A DNA stretch of 64,000 nt. Source: the human T2T-CHM13v2.0 reference genome, Homo sapiens. Shown one piece after another: positions 1 through 17,698 of the stretch. The position numbers and the translations under genes are program-made. The notes beneath the pieces are model-generated. The model was not told the DNA's origin, ran no database searches, and worked only from the letters and a program-made list of their open reading frames with translations. The DNA lies in the NCBI RefSeq assembly GCF_009914755.1, contig NC_060935.1. One strand, 5' to 3'. Position 1 is the stretch's first letter; each line of letters begins with the position of its first letter.

Positions 1-277
1 ATCACTCACTATTAAAACAACAAATGATTGACTATCTGCTGGGACCTCCTGGAAGCAGAGGCTCTCACAGATCCTGAACCTGTGCTTCTCCATACCCAGC
101 TCCAGTTATGGTTTGGGAAACAGCACCCCACAAACTTGGCAAGGCTACCGAGGGCTCCCTAAGACAGTACGAAGCCAAACCTGGGTCTCTGGTACATTCC
201 ACCTGTGGGAGACGGTGGCCTTCTGTCCTCAGTGTTTTGCCAGGTGCTAGTGTACTGGAGGAGGTCATCCATTCCGC

Positions 278-635
278 TATATTAGTCTATTTTTCATATG
301 CTATGAAGAAATACCCCAGACTGGTTAATTTATAAAGAAAAAGAGGCTCAATGGACTCACAGTTTCACATGGCTGGGAGGCCTCACAATCACAGCAGAAG
401 GTGAAGGAGGAGCAAAGGCATGTCTTACATCACGGCAGGCAAGAGAGTGTGTGCAGGGGAACTGCCCTTTATAAAACTATCAGATATCATGGGACTTATT
501 CACTATCATGAAAACAGCATGAAAAAACATGACCCCATGATTCAATTACACCTTGCTGGGTCCCTGCTGTGACACATGGGATTATGGGAGCTACAATTCG
601 AGATGAGATTCGGGTGACACAGCTAAACCATATCA
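278..635 (-). mobile_element. THE1-type MaLR solo LTR
   Basis: tattagtc...gactcacagtttcacatggctgggaggcctcacaatc...aaccatatca, typical THE1 termini. Confidence 0.88.
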
Positions 636-984
636 CCCCTAGACCCTTTGACTGCCTGGAAATGTTCATGGGATTAACTGAGTAAATAGTAATGGGAGTT
701 TGTAGACTGTGTAAATGGCACTGTAAGCATCTTGCATCATGGAACTTTGTGCAATGTGACTGTTTTCCACTCCTCAGCCAGGGTGTCCTTAATAAAGAAT
801 GACACCCCAAAACAACAAATTTGGCCAAATTTTAGGCAGTTGTTTCAGCACCAGATGCCCTGGTGAACAAATGATCCTATTTTCACATTAATTATCAACT
901 AATGAGCCATTACCTAAAAATTATATTCTTCAGAATTAAAAAACTCTCTAGGAATCTCTTGCCTCATAGATACTCAAACAGCGA

Positions 985-4390
<3,406 letters not shown>

Positions 4391-5225
4391 ATTTTTTTTT
4401 ATTATTATACTTTAAGTTTTAGGGTACATGTGCACAACGTGCAGGTTAGTTACATATGTATACATGTTCCATGTTGGTGTGCTGCACCCATTAACTCATC
4501 ACTTAACATTAGGTATTTCTCCTAATGCTATCCCTCCCCCCTCCCCCCATCCCACAACAGACCCCAGTGTGATGTTCCCCTTCCTGTGTCCATGTGTTCT
4601 CATTGTTCAATTCCCACCTATGAGTGAGAACATGTGGTGTTTGGTTTTTTGTCCTTGTGATAGTTTGCTGAGAATGATGGTTTCCAGCTTCATCTATGTC
4701 CCTACAAAGGACATGAACCCATCATTTTTTATAGCTGCATAGTATTCCATGGTGTATATGTGCCACATTTTCTTAATCTGGTCTATGATTCATGGACATT
4801 TGGGTTGGTTCCAAGTCTTTGCTATTGTGAATAGTGCCACAATAAACATACGTGTGCATGTGTCTTTATGGCAGCATGATTTATAATCCTTTGGGTACAT
4901 ACCCAGTAATGAGATGGGTGGGTCAAATGGTATTTCTAGTTCTAGATCCTTCAGGAATTGCCACACTGACTTCCACAATGGTTGAACTAGTTTACCATCC
5001 CACCAACAGTGTAAAAGTGTTCCTATTTCTCCACATCCTCTCCAGCACCTGCTGTTTCCTGACTTTTTAATGATCATCTTTCTAACAGGCACAAGATGGT
5101 ATCTCATTGTGGTTTTGATTTGCATTTCTCTAATGACCAGTGATGATGAGCTTTTTTCATGTTTATTGGCCGCATAATGTCTTCTTTTGAGAAGTGTCTG
5201 TTCATATTCTTTGCCCACTTTCTGA

Positions 5226-5558
<333 letters not shown>

Positions 5559-6646
5559 TAAGTTCTTTGTAGGTTCTGGATATTAGCTCTTTGTTAGATG
5601 GATAGATTGCAAAAATTTTCTCCCATTTTGTAGGTTACCTGTTCACTCTGATGATAGTTTCTTTTGCTATGCAGAAGCTCTTTAGTTTAATTAGATTCCA
5701 TTAGTCAATTTTGGCTTTTGTTGTCATTACTTTTGGTGTTTTAGTCATGAAGACTTTGCCCATTGCTATGTCCTGAATGGTATTGCCTAGGTTTTCTTCT
5801 AGGATTTTTATAGTTTTATGTCTTATGTTTAAGTCTTTAATCTATCGTGAGTTAATTTTTGTATTAGGTGTAAGGAAGGGGTCTAGTTTTGGGTTTGCTA
5901 CATATGGCTAGCCAGTTTTCCCAGCATGATTTATTAAATAGGAAATCCTTTCCCCATTGCTTTTTTGTCAGGTTTGTCGAAGATCAGATGGTTGTACATG
6001 TGTGGTGTTATTTCTGAGGCCTCTATTCTGTCTCATTAGTCTGTATATCAGTTTTGGTACAAGTGCCATGCTGTTTTTGTTACTGTAACCTTGTAGTGTA
6101 GTTTGAAGTCAGGTAGCATGATGTTTCCAGCTTTGTTCTTTTTGCTTAGGATTGTCTTGGCTATGCGGGCTCTTTTTTGGTTCCATATGAAATTCAAAGT
6201 AGTTTTTTCTAATTCTGTGAAAAAAATTAATGGTAGCTTGATTGGGATAGCATTGAATCTATAAATTACTTTGGGTAGTATGGCCATTTTTATGATATTG
6301 ATTCCTCCTATCCATGAGCATGGAATGTTTTTCTGTTTGTTTCTGTCCTCTCTTATTTCCCTGAGCAGTGGTTTGCAGTTCTCCTTGAAGAGATCCTTCA
6401 CATCCCTTATAAGTTGTATTACTAGGTATTTAATTCTTTTTTAGCAATTGTGAATGGGAGTTCATTCATTATTTGGCTCTCTGTTTGTCTATTACTAGTG
6501 TATAGGAATGCTTGTGATTTTTGCACATTGATTTTGTATCCTGAGACTTTGCTGAAGTTGCTTGTCAGCTTAAGGAGATTTTGGGCTGAGATGATGATGT
6601 TTTCTAAATATACAATTATGATATCTGCAAACAGAGAAAATTTGAT

Positions 6647-6775
6647 TCCCTCCCTCCCTCCCTTCTCCCTTCCTTCCTTTCTTTCTTTCTCTTTCTTTTT
6701 CTTTTCTTTTTCTTTCTTTCTTTCTCTCTCTCTCTTTCTCTCTTTCTTTCTTTCCTTTCTTTCTTTCTTTCTTTC

Positions 6776-6833
<58 letters not shown>

Positions 6834-7068
6834 TTTCTTTGTCTCCCCTTCCCTTCCCTTCCCTTCCCTTCCCTTCCCTTCCCTTCCCTTCCCTTCCCTT
6901 CCCTTCCCTTCCCTTCCCTTCCCTTCCCTTCCCTTCCCTTCCCTTCCCTTCCCTTCCCTTCCCTTCCCTTCCCTTCCCTTCCCTTCCCTTCCCTTCCCTT
7001 CCCTTCCCTTCCCTTCCCTTCCCTTCCCTTCCCTTCCCTTCCCTTCCCTTCCCTTCCCTCCCCTTCCT
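6647..7068. repeat. Compound polypyrimidine microsatellite (TCCC)n-(CTTT)n-(CCCTT)42
   Basis: 42 perfect CCCTT units at 6846-7055, preceded by CTTT/CT runs. Confidence 0.97.
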
Positions 7069-10000
7069 TCTCTTGTCTGATTGCCCTGGCCAGAATTTCC
7101 AATACTATTTTGAATAGGAGTGATGAGAGAGGGCATCCTTTTCTTGTGCCAGTTTTCAAAGGAATGCTTCCAGTTTTTGCCCATTCAGTATGATATTGGC
7201 TGTGGGTTTGTCAGAAATAGCTCTTATTATTTTGAGATATGTTCCATCAATACATAGTTTATTGAGAGTTTTTTTTTTTTTTTTTAGCATGGAATGGTGT
7301 TGAATTTTATTGCAGGCCTTTTCTGCATCTATTGAGATAATCATGCGGTTTTTGTCTTTGGTCCTGTTTATGTGATGGATTACGTTTATTGATTTGCACG
7401 TGTTGAACCAGCCTTGCATCCTAGAGATGAAGCCAACTTGATCATGGTGGATAAGCTTTTTGATGTGCTGCTGGATTCAGTTGGCCAGTATTTTATTGAG
7501 GATTTTCATCTAGGTGTTCATCAGGGATATTGGCCTGAAATTTCTTTGTTGTTTTTGTTGTGTCTCTGCCAGATCTTGGTATCAGGATGATGCTGTCCTC
7601 ATAAAATGAATTAGGGAGGATTCCCTCTTTTTCTATTGTTTGGAATAATTTCAGAAGGAATGATAGCAGCTCCTCTTTGTAACTCTAGTAGAATTCAGCT
7701 GTGACTCCATCTGGTCCTGGACATTTTTTGATTAGTAGGCTATTACTGCCTCAATTTCAGAACTTGTTATTGGTCTATTCAGGGATTGGACTTCTTCCTG
7801 GTTTAGACTTGGTAGGGTATATTTGTTCAGGAACTTATCCATTTCTTCTAGATTTTCTAGTTTATTTGTGTAGAGGTGTTTATAATATTCTCTGATGGTA
7901 GTTTGTATTTCTGTGGGATCACTGGTGATATTCCTTTTATCACTTTTTTATTGTGTCTTTTATTCTTCTCTCCTTTCTTCTTGATTAGTCTTGCTAGCAG
8001 TCTATCTATTTCAGTGATCTTTTCTAAAAACCTGCTCCAGGATTTATTGATTTTTTTGAAGGGTTTTTCATGTCTCTATCTCCTTCAGTTCTGCTCTGAT
8101 CTTAGTTATTTCTTGTCTTCTGCTAGCTTTTGAATTTGTTGGCTCTTGCTTCTCTAGTTTTATCAACCGTGATGTTAGGGTGTCGATTTTAGATTTTTCC
8201 TGCTTTCTCTTGTGGGCATTTAGTGCTATAAATTTCCCTCTAAAGAGTGCTTTAGTTGTGTCCCAGAGATTCTGGTACATTGTGCCTTTGTTCTCATTGG
8301 TTTCAAAGAACTTATTTGTTTCTGCCTTAATTTCATTATTTACCCAGTAGTCATTCAGGAGCAGTTTTTTTTTTTTTTCAGTTTCCATGTAGTTGTGTGG
8401 TTTTGAGTGAGTTTCTTAATCTTGAGTTCTAATTTGATTGTACTGTGGTCTGAGAGACTGTTTGTTATGATTTCTGTTTTTTTGTATTTTCTGAGGAGTA
8501 TTTTACTTCCAATTACGTAGTCAGTTTTAGAATAAGTGCGATGTGGTGCTGAGAAGAATGTATATTCTGTTGATTTTGGCTGAAGAGTTCTGTAGATGTC
8601 TATTAGGTCTTCTTGGTCCAGAGCTGAGTTCAATTTCTGAATATTCTTGTTAATTTCCTGTCTCATTGATCCATCTAATATTGACAGTGGGGTGTTCAAA
8701 TCTCCCACTATTATTTTTGGGAGTCTGAGTCTCTTTGTAGATCTCTAAGAACTTGCTTTATGAATCTGGGTGCTCCTGTACTGGATGCATATATATATTT
8801 AGGATAGTTAGCTGTTCTTGTTGCATTGATCCCTTTGCCATTATGTAATGCCCTTCTTTGTCTCTTTTGATCTGTGTTAGTTTAAAGTCTGTTTTATCAG
8901 AGACTAGGATTGCAACCCCTGCTTTTTTTTTCTTTCTTTCCACTTGCTTGGTAAATATTCCTCCATCCCTTTATTTTGAGCCTATGTGTGTCTCAGTATG
9001 TGAGATGGGTCTCCTGAATACAGGACACTGATGGGTCTTGACTCTTCATCTAATTTGCCAGTCTGTCTTTTAATTGGGGCATTTAGCCCATTTACATTTA
9101 AGATTAATATTATTATGTATGAATTTGATTCTGTCATTATGGTGTTAGCTGGTTATTTTGTCCATTAGTTGATGCAGTTTCTTCATAGATCGATGGTCTT
9201 TACAATTTAGCATGTTTTTGCAGTGGCTGGTACTGGTTGTTCCTTTCCATGTTTAGTGCTTCCTTCAGGAGCTCGTGTAAGATAGGCCTGGCATAGACAA
9301 AATCTCTCAGCATTTGCTTGTCTGTAAAGGATTTTATTTCTCCTTCACTTATGAAGCTTAGTTTGGCTGGATATGCAATTCTGGGTTGAAAATTATTTGC
9401 TTAAGAATGTTGGATATTGGTCCCCACTGTCTTCTGGCTTGCAGGGTTTTTGCAGAGAGATCCACTGTTAGTCTGATGGGCTTCCCTTCGTGGGTAACCC
9501 GACCTTTCTCTCTGGCTGCCATTAACATTTTTTCCTTCATTTCAACCTTGGTGAATCTGACAATTGTGTGTCTTGGGGTTGCTCTTTTCAAGGAGTATCT
9601 TTGTGGTGTTCTCTGTATTTCCTGAAGTTGAATGTTGGCCTGCCTTGCTAGGTTGGTAAAGTTCTCCTGGATAATATCCTGCAGAGTGTTTTCCAACTTG
9701 GTTCCATTCTCCTTTTCTCTTTCAGGTATAGCAATCAAATGCATGTTTGGTCTTTTCACATAGTCCCATATTTCTTGGAGGCTTTGTTGGTTCCTTTTCA
9801 TTATTTTTTCTCTAATCTTGTCTTCACACTTTATTTCATTAAGTTGATCTTCAATCTCTGATATCCCTTCTTCTGTTTGATTGATTTGGCTATTGATACT
9901 TGTGTATGCTTCACGAAGTTCTCGTGCTGTGTTTTTCACTCCATCAGCTCACTTATATTCTTCTCTAAACTGGTTATTCTAGTTAGCAGTTCCAGTAATC

Positions 10001-12377
10001 TTTTTCAAGGTTCTTAGCTTCCTTGCATTGGGTTAGAACATGCTCCTTTAGCTTGGAGGAGTTTATTATTACCCACATTCTGAAGTCTACTTCTGTCAAT
10101 TTGTCAAACTCATTCTCCACCCAGTTTTGTTTCCTTGCTGGTGAGGAGTTGTGATCCTTTGGGGAAGAAGAGGCATTCTGGTTTTTGGAATTTTCAGCCT
10201 TTTCGTGCTGGTTTCTCCCCATCTTCATAGGTATATCTACCTTTGATCTTTGGCATTGGTTTCTGAATGGACATCCTTTTTGTTGATGTTGATGCTATTT
10301 TTTTCTGTTTGTTAGTTCTCCTTCTAACAGTCAGGCCCCTCTGCTGCAGGTCTGCTGGAGTTTGCTGGAGGTCCACTCCAGACACTGTTTGACTGGTATC
10401 ACCAGTGGAGGCTGCAGAACAGCAAAGATTGCTGCCTGTTCCTTCCTCTGGAAGCTTCATCCCAGAGGGGCACATACCAGATGCCAGGCGGAGCTCTCCT
10501 GTATGAGGTGTCTGTAGCCCCTGCTGGGAGGTGTCTCCCAGTCAGGAGACATGGGTGTCAGGGACCCACTTGAGGAGGCAGTCTGACCCTTAGCAGAGCT
10601 AGTGCACTGTGCTGGGAGATCTGCTGCTCTCTTCAGAGCCTGCAGGCAGTGGCGTTTAAGTCTGCTGAAGCTGCGCCAACAGCCACTCCTTCCCCCAGGT
10701 GCTCTGTCCCAGGGAGATGGGAATTTTATCTATAAGCCCCTGACTGGGGCTGCTGCCTTTTTTTCAGAGATGCCCTGCCTGGAGAGGAGGAATCTAGAGA
10801 GGCAGTATGGCTATAGTGGCTTTGCTGAGCTGTGGAGGTCTCTGCCCAGTTGGAACTTCGCTGTGGCTTTTTTACACTGTAAGGGGAAAACCAACTACTC
10901 AAGCCTCAGTAATGGCAGATGCCCCTCCCCGCACTAAGCTCAAGCTTAGTTCCCAGGTCGACTTCAGACTGCTGTGCTGGCAGGGAGAATTTCAAGCCAG
11001 TGGATCTTAGCTTGCTGGGCTCTATGGGGGTGGGATCCATTGAGCTAGACCACTTGGCTCCCTGGCTTCAGCCCCCTTTCCAGGGGAGTGAATGGCTGTC
11101 TTGCTGGCATTCCAGGCACCACTGGGATATGAAAAGAAATTCCTGCAGCTAGCTTGGTGTCTGCCCAAACGGCCACCCAGTTTTGTGCTTGAAACTCAGG
11201 GCTCTGGTGGTGTAGGCACCCTGGGGAATGTCCTGGTCTGTGGGTTGGGAAGACCATGGGAAAAGCATAGTATCTGGGCTGGGACTGTTCCTCATGGCAC
11301 AGTCCCTCAAGGCCTCCCTTGGCTAGAGGAGGGAGTTCCTTGACCCCTTGCACTTCTGGGGTGAGGCAATGCCCCACCCTGCTTCGGCTCACCCTCCATG
11401 GGCTACACCCACTGTCTAACCAGTCCCAATGAGACGAGCCGGGTACCTCAGTTGGAAAAGCAGAAATCACCTGCCTTCTATGTTGATCTCACCGGGAGCT
11501 GCAGACCGGAGCTGTTCCTATTTGGCCGTCTTGCCAGGTCTGCCCGGTACAACATTTCTTAAGGTCCCAGAAAGGTCAAAGATTCTGTGTATTACTGAGA
11601 AACAAAGGGCCTTTAAAAAGATTAAGGACATGCCCCTCAATCAAACAACAGAGGCTCTAGGATACTTAGGTGCACTGTTTCTTCACCATCTCAGCAGAAG
11701 CCCAAGGTGAAAAGTTTATCTCAAAGATATTTGTTGGGGTAGATTTTCTCTAATAAGATAAACCACAAAGAGATTCACAGAACATCCACAACTTTTTAAA
11801 GAAATCTTTATCAGAAAAATGCTGCCAATTTGACTGCAAGGGGCAAAGACAGTACAAAAATAAAAAGGCTGTGTAGTCCTCAAAATGCTCTGGGTGGGAA
11901 GGTAGCTGAGAATACTATTCACTTAGAGGTATGTTCTGTCTTTTAAAAAAAATGTTGGATCCAAGTGGCACGAGGCTGTGGCTGAGAGCCAAATTGCTTT
12001 CATTTTTCATGCCTCCAGACCTATTCAAGGAACTTCTAATATTTGCCTAAGTGCACTTCATAATTGCTCTGAACTCCTTGTGTCTCACGTCTCCTCCATT
12101 TTGAACGGGAATGTCTACAGTAGTAATTGGATGCTTGTATTATTATTGTGTGTTGAGTGTTTTGGAGACAAGTGTCTTGTCTCTTCAGTTTCACAGATTA
12201 ACAAATACAAAGATAAAAGCCAGAGAACTCCATGTAAGTAGTCTCACTTACACTTGAACCTCATTTAAATGGTAAGATTCTGGACTTTGAGTGTGTGCTA
12301 TAATGAAATAATACTTTTCTGGACATTTCACACATGATAATGTAGTACATCAGAGGGATGGAATCATTTGGGACCAG

Positions 12378-12920
12378 AGGGTCTGGCCACAATCTGCCAC
12401 AGCTGCTGTTCCATGCTGCGGAGAATTCCTGCTGGTCCAAACTGCCCAGTCTTCCTGGCACCAGCAGGGGAGAACAGCAGACTGGAGCCACAGTGATGGT
12501 TGTCTTCTTAGGCAGTCTCTGTCCTGCTGCCACTGGCTGCAACCTGGGCAGCCACCAAGAGCTTGCACAGCTCTGTGCTTGGGTCCCAAGGCCCTGGTGG
12601 TGTGGGCTCACGAGGGATCTCTTGATCCATGGGTTGCACAGATCCGTGGAAAGAGCGTGGTTTCTCAGGCAGGGTACCACAATCACTCACTCCCTCCCTT
12701 GGCTGGGAGTGGGGGCTCCCCTTACTCCATGCAACTCCTGGGTGGGCCCTCGTTCCATCTTGCTTTTTCTTACTCTCAGTGGATCATGCCAACCGCCTAG
12801 TCAGTCCCAATGAGAGAACCTGGATACCTCAGTTGAAGGCACAGGATCCACTCACCATTTTTGCTCTTCTTGGTGGGCGCCACCAACTGCAGCTGCTTCT
12901 AATAGGCCATCTTGGCCCCC
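12378..12920 (-). mobile_element. Older L1PA 5'UTR fragment
   Basis: Resembles the L1 5'UTR at 10800-11537 (cagtcccaatgagagaacc...ggccatcttggcc). Confidence 0.75.
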
Positions 12921-13936
12921 TCTGCCCATCTTTTTACTGTTAATGGATATTAACTTGGACCTATGACCTGAGAAACCTTATTTATTCACTTTTTAAATTC
13001 GAATGTTTAATTAATTCATTAATTCTGCTATTTGAATTAATGGCACAGAGGCCTAAGTCTGAACACAAGGGGAAAATGAACTCTCTAACCCAGAAATATA
13101 TACAGGTAATATGTAAGTGAGATAGACTCAAAGGTCACAAGTTTTAACTGAGACTATTAGATGGCATTGAGCATCTAAACTCCTCTCAGTGTCCTTGTGG
13201 GTGACATGCTTCAGTGACAGCCATGGTTGACTGCCTCCTCCAGAAGGAGCTCTGCCAGGACACAGAAAGCCCTAAATATCTCATCCTTAAGCCAAGTCAT
13301 CCTGGGTTCTTACTTTGCAAAAATTACCTATTAAAGCTATTCCACAGGATCAGCATCCAGGTTAGAGGTGCAATGTCTTCCAATCCTGCGAGTGCCACAG
13401 TGCTTGCACAACCCTCAGATTTTATAATGACTATCCACTGCACATAAGCACTTACACTGCAGGTAGGAAAATATGGCCAGTCTAAAAGTGTCTGTAATGA
13501 TTTATCTCACAGGATCTAGGTGGCTAAGAATATTTTCAAGGCCAATAACACTGTTTCACAAATTTGTGCTTTCAAACAGGAAGGCACCTTCTGCCTCAAA
13601 CCGCTTTCCTCTCCCTGTATTGAGCTAACTTCTATATGTAAATGTAAAATCCTGTAAACTACTCTAAAAATCCCTTCTTGAAACTTCTTTGAATCCTATT
13701 TAGATGTCTTTTTCTGTCCTTGTTGATGCAGTACAATGAACAGATCATATCCAACTATAATTTCTAATTCAAACACCAAGTATTCTTAATCAGCTGTAGC
13801 TTCCTGAAGTCAGAAAGAGAGATCAGCACATAGCACAGTGCAAAGTATACAGTTAGTGCTTACTAAATATTTATAAAATAAAGAAATGAATATATCACCT
13901 GAAAAATAGCCCCAAAGAAAGTTAAATGACACTCAC

Positions 13937-14207
<271 letters not shown>

Positions 14208-15121
14208 CTAGAAGAGAAGGAAATCAGCATAGCAGAGCTTGAGAAGAGTTTCAGCTCTTTTATGGAAACTGACTCCAAACACTGACATATGTACACAATC
14301 CTCAGCTATGCGGGTCCTGCCTCCCTCTCTAGATTCATCTATAGACACTACGCTCTAGTAGCCCAAATTCTAAAACTAAACTTATTTCAGGCTTTCAAAT
14401 GCAGCTGCCTCTCCCTCTCAATTCCCAGCCTTCCAACAGTCTGTATTCGTGTGTCTACATGTCTTTATTCATTTTCCCCTCAGACCACCTTTTATTGTGT
14501 TGTTATACACATTCTTTGGGTATTATAATTAAAAACATATAAGGACACAATTTTTTTAAAAAACTTCAGTTACCTAAATTTAAAAAATATATTAGAAACC
14601 CATAATTTTACAGGAAGGCTTTTTTTCATCATGTAGGCCACATGAGGGCCTTGCCATTGACTTCACTTAGCAGTTTATAATTCAACTACTACAATAACTA
14701 TCTTTTTTTTTGGCCACACATTGAATCGCTTGAAGTGCTTCAAAAATACTGATCCCTGGATTCTGTACTCAGAGGTTACTTGCTGTGGATATCAGTTTTG
14801 CAATGAGTATTGAGAACACTAACCTAGCATAATGTTTGCCAAACAGTATTTCAATTACTTTAAACACTGTAGGTCTTTCTCACTAAATTAGACGATATAA
14901 TAGGAGGTTCATGTTGAGTTTGTTTGGCTCATTCACTCAATACTAATGCGCTTGACTGTATTGTAGAGTTGGTGAGCAATTGCTGCTACCTGCTGAAGGA
15001 ATGAAGAAAGAGCTGATAACAGTAACCATCTGAGGACTAAGGGTATAAAGCAAGTCTGTTCTTTGTGTTAACTCCAAACATCTTGATCATATAAACAGAA
15101 GATCTAAACATGTCCCTTTAC

Positions 15122-15523
15122 ATCAGTCACAATGGTGAAGAGGAAGGAGCTTTGGTGGTATACCCAGCCACCAACACAGGGCTCCGTGTTTGGCTCACTC
15201 ATGTTTGAGAAGGTCACATTCAAGTGAAGGAGATGCCACTGGGGATGGATGAAGCAACGACACTTCTCTGGCCTCAGGTTTGAGTCCAGTGGGATGGAAA
15301 TCCTCAGGAGGGCAACCTGGCTGAGAGTCCCAGTGTCATTGTCAGAGACGGTGTCATTGTCCAGGATGTGGACCCAGTAGTGATGACCAGGGATGAATGC
15401 AATGAAATTCTCCAATAGAAGATGAGGATAATGTATAATGATGGAGATTGTAAGGAAAATCAGATGAAAGATTTGGAATCTCCCCAGGCCACCCACTTGA
15501 TCCAGGAGCATATCAAAACCCAT
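15122..15523 (-). pseudogene. Pseudogene exon 1, reading frame uninterrupted
   Basis: ORF track 15104-15559; same 402-nt length as SLC22A10 exon 1; conserved HRC changed to HHY. Confidence 0.92.
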
Positions 15524-16967
15524 CGAGACAGAACAGGTGATCCCCAAGAGGAAGCACAATGACTTTGTAGAGATAAGTTCAGAAGAAGAAAGTGTTCCCT
15601 TTCACAAAGTCACAGTAGTGCCATGTGGATCCTTACACCATTTTCTTCTCAGTGGGCCCTGTCACACCACTGCAGAAGAGCAATGGAAGGACTTTCCTCA
15701 AGTCCTTTGAGTTTAGGCAGCTAGATAGTTTCAGCGAAGTCACAGATATAATTATTTGGCAAAGGTACATCTATCTTTTGACAACTGAATATTCTTAAAG
15801 GACTACTCTGTGAAAGATCCTGATCTCTGAGCTTTCTGAGAAGTCAACAGTGGACTTTCAGGTGGATATAATTTCCACACAACCTAAAATACACCTAAAA
15901 TTATACCTGATCAATGGTATGCCATTCTTTTCAGAAAAGGGATATTGGATACTTAAAAGTGTACTGCTTTATTATGCTTTGTGCAAAGAGAATGGCTTTT
16001 TCTTGCTGAGGACTGACTTTTGACTAAAAGTTAGTGAACACTAATGAACACAAGAGTCTTGCTCTTGTCTAATTAAAGCAGGTGGAATGTTAAGTATAAA
16101 CATTGACTTTTGGTAACTGAAGTTCTGCTTCAGTTCAAATCATACCAGTGACAGTGATGTTAAGATTTTTGAGATAGGGAAATAAAGATAAGAGGTAGAC
16201 AGGAAGGGAATAGTGTCTTTATGTGATAGTTTATTTCACCAAATTTGTTGATTTTTTCAAATAGCATTTTGAACTTTCTGCTGCTATTGCTGTAAAGCAA
16301 TGGTATTTATTTATATACTTAATCTGTTTATATGTTTATAAGTAAAATGTTTATATGTTTATAAGTAAAATATGACATCAATGTTATAAAGTTTCATATT
16401 CCAGTTAATAAGTGATAGGTACATAAATAATTATACTGTAATGTCATAACTATAAAGAAAATAGACAGTGTCCTATGGAAGAATTAAAGAGAAACTGTTC
16501 AATGATTCCTGGGTAGGTGCCATGGGACAAAGGAGTCATCACTGTAGAAATTAACTTTTACCTATTCTTAGGGGAAGATTCTTGAGATAATGAAATAGTG
16601 AATGAAAAAAAGCCAATTTCTAAATGAGGGAATAATAAGTGTACAATTATAACAAAATAGTGTGGTATAACTGTGCACCTATAGGATATTGAAAAGCTGG
16701 AAGCTGCAAAACATGAAGGGTATTAATGAGAGAAGGTAGGTTGATTGAATGAAGAGCCAAACCAAACAAGCAAAGCCTGTAGAATTTATTCTGCAGACTA
16801 ACTAGAGGTTCTTATCCTTGAATTTCAAAATGATCATCCATGAAACATGTTAAAATGCAAATTTCTGCCCAGCCTGCAAGGATTCTTTTTCAGGAAACGA
16901 TTCTGATGGATTCATTCTAAAGATTAAATCTAAGGAATCGTGAGATGCTGTTGTAAATTGTTAGAAA

Positions 16968-17698
16968 TGTCTTAGTTTGCTTGGGCTGCATAACAGAATA
17001 CCACAGACTGGGTGACTTAAACAACAAAAATTTATTTTCTCACAGTTCTGGTGGCTGGAAGTCTAAGAGCAAGGTATCAACAGATTTGATTTCTTCTGAG
17101 CCTCTCTCTCTGGTTTGTGGATAGCTGCCTTCTTTCTGTGTCCTCATATGTTCTTTCCTTTATGCATGTGCATACCTGGTGTCTCTTTTTCTTCTTCTTC
17201 TCCTTCTCCTTCTTCTTTTTTCTTCTTCTTCTGGGTTTCTGTTTTTTTTTTTTTTTTTTTTTTTTTTGAGATGGAGTCTCACTCTTGTAGCCAAGGCTGG
17301 AGTACAATGGCACAATCTTGGCTCACTGCAACTTCCGCCTCCTGGGTTCGAGGGATTCTCTTGCCTCAGCCTCCTGAGTCACTGGAACTACAGGCATGCA
17401 CCACCACGCCTGGCTAATTTTTTTAATTTTTAGTAGAGATGGGATTTCACCATGTTGGGCAGGCTGGTCTTAAATTCCTGACCTCAGGTGATCCGCCTGC
17501 CTTAGCTTCCCAAAGTGCTGGGATTACAGGTGTGAGCCACCGCACCTAGCTCTCTTCCTCTTCTTATAAGAAGAGCAGTTGTATTGATTAGGGCCCCACC
17601 ATATGGGCCTCCTTTTAACTTATCACCAAATATGGTTATATTCGAAGGTATTAGGGGTCGGGATTCCAACATAGGAATTTTGAAGGGGCACAAATCAG
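16968..17698 (-). mobile_element. MLT1A-like MaLR LTR with an inserted Alu
   Basis: tgtcttagtttgcttgggctg...aaatttattttctcacagttctgg...ggggcacaaatcag. Confidence 0.8.
17242..17550 (-). mobile_element. Alu (AluS) with a CTT-rich extended tail
   Basis: Poly-T then gagatggagtctcactctt...gagccaccgcacctagc. Confidence 0.93.

Noticed and set aside
130-205. Minus-strand cccacag|GTGGAATGTACCAGAG reading WNVPETQVWL, faintly like SLC22 exon 5 (W.ESARWL)
   Set aside because: The similarity does not extend, a stop follows and no matching donor was found; cannot be supported as a pseudogene exon
6422-7193. Long ORFs of 204-247 aa with GKGRE or FPSLP repeats
   Set aside because: They arise from a stop-free microsatellite inside a dead L1 ORF2; no evidence of a real gene
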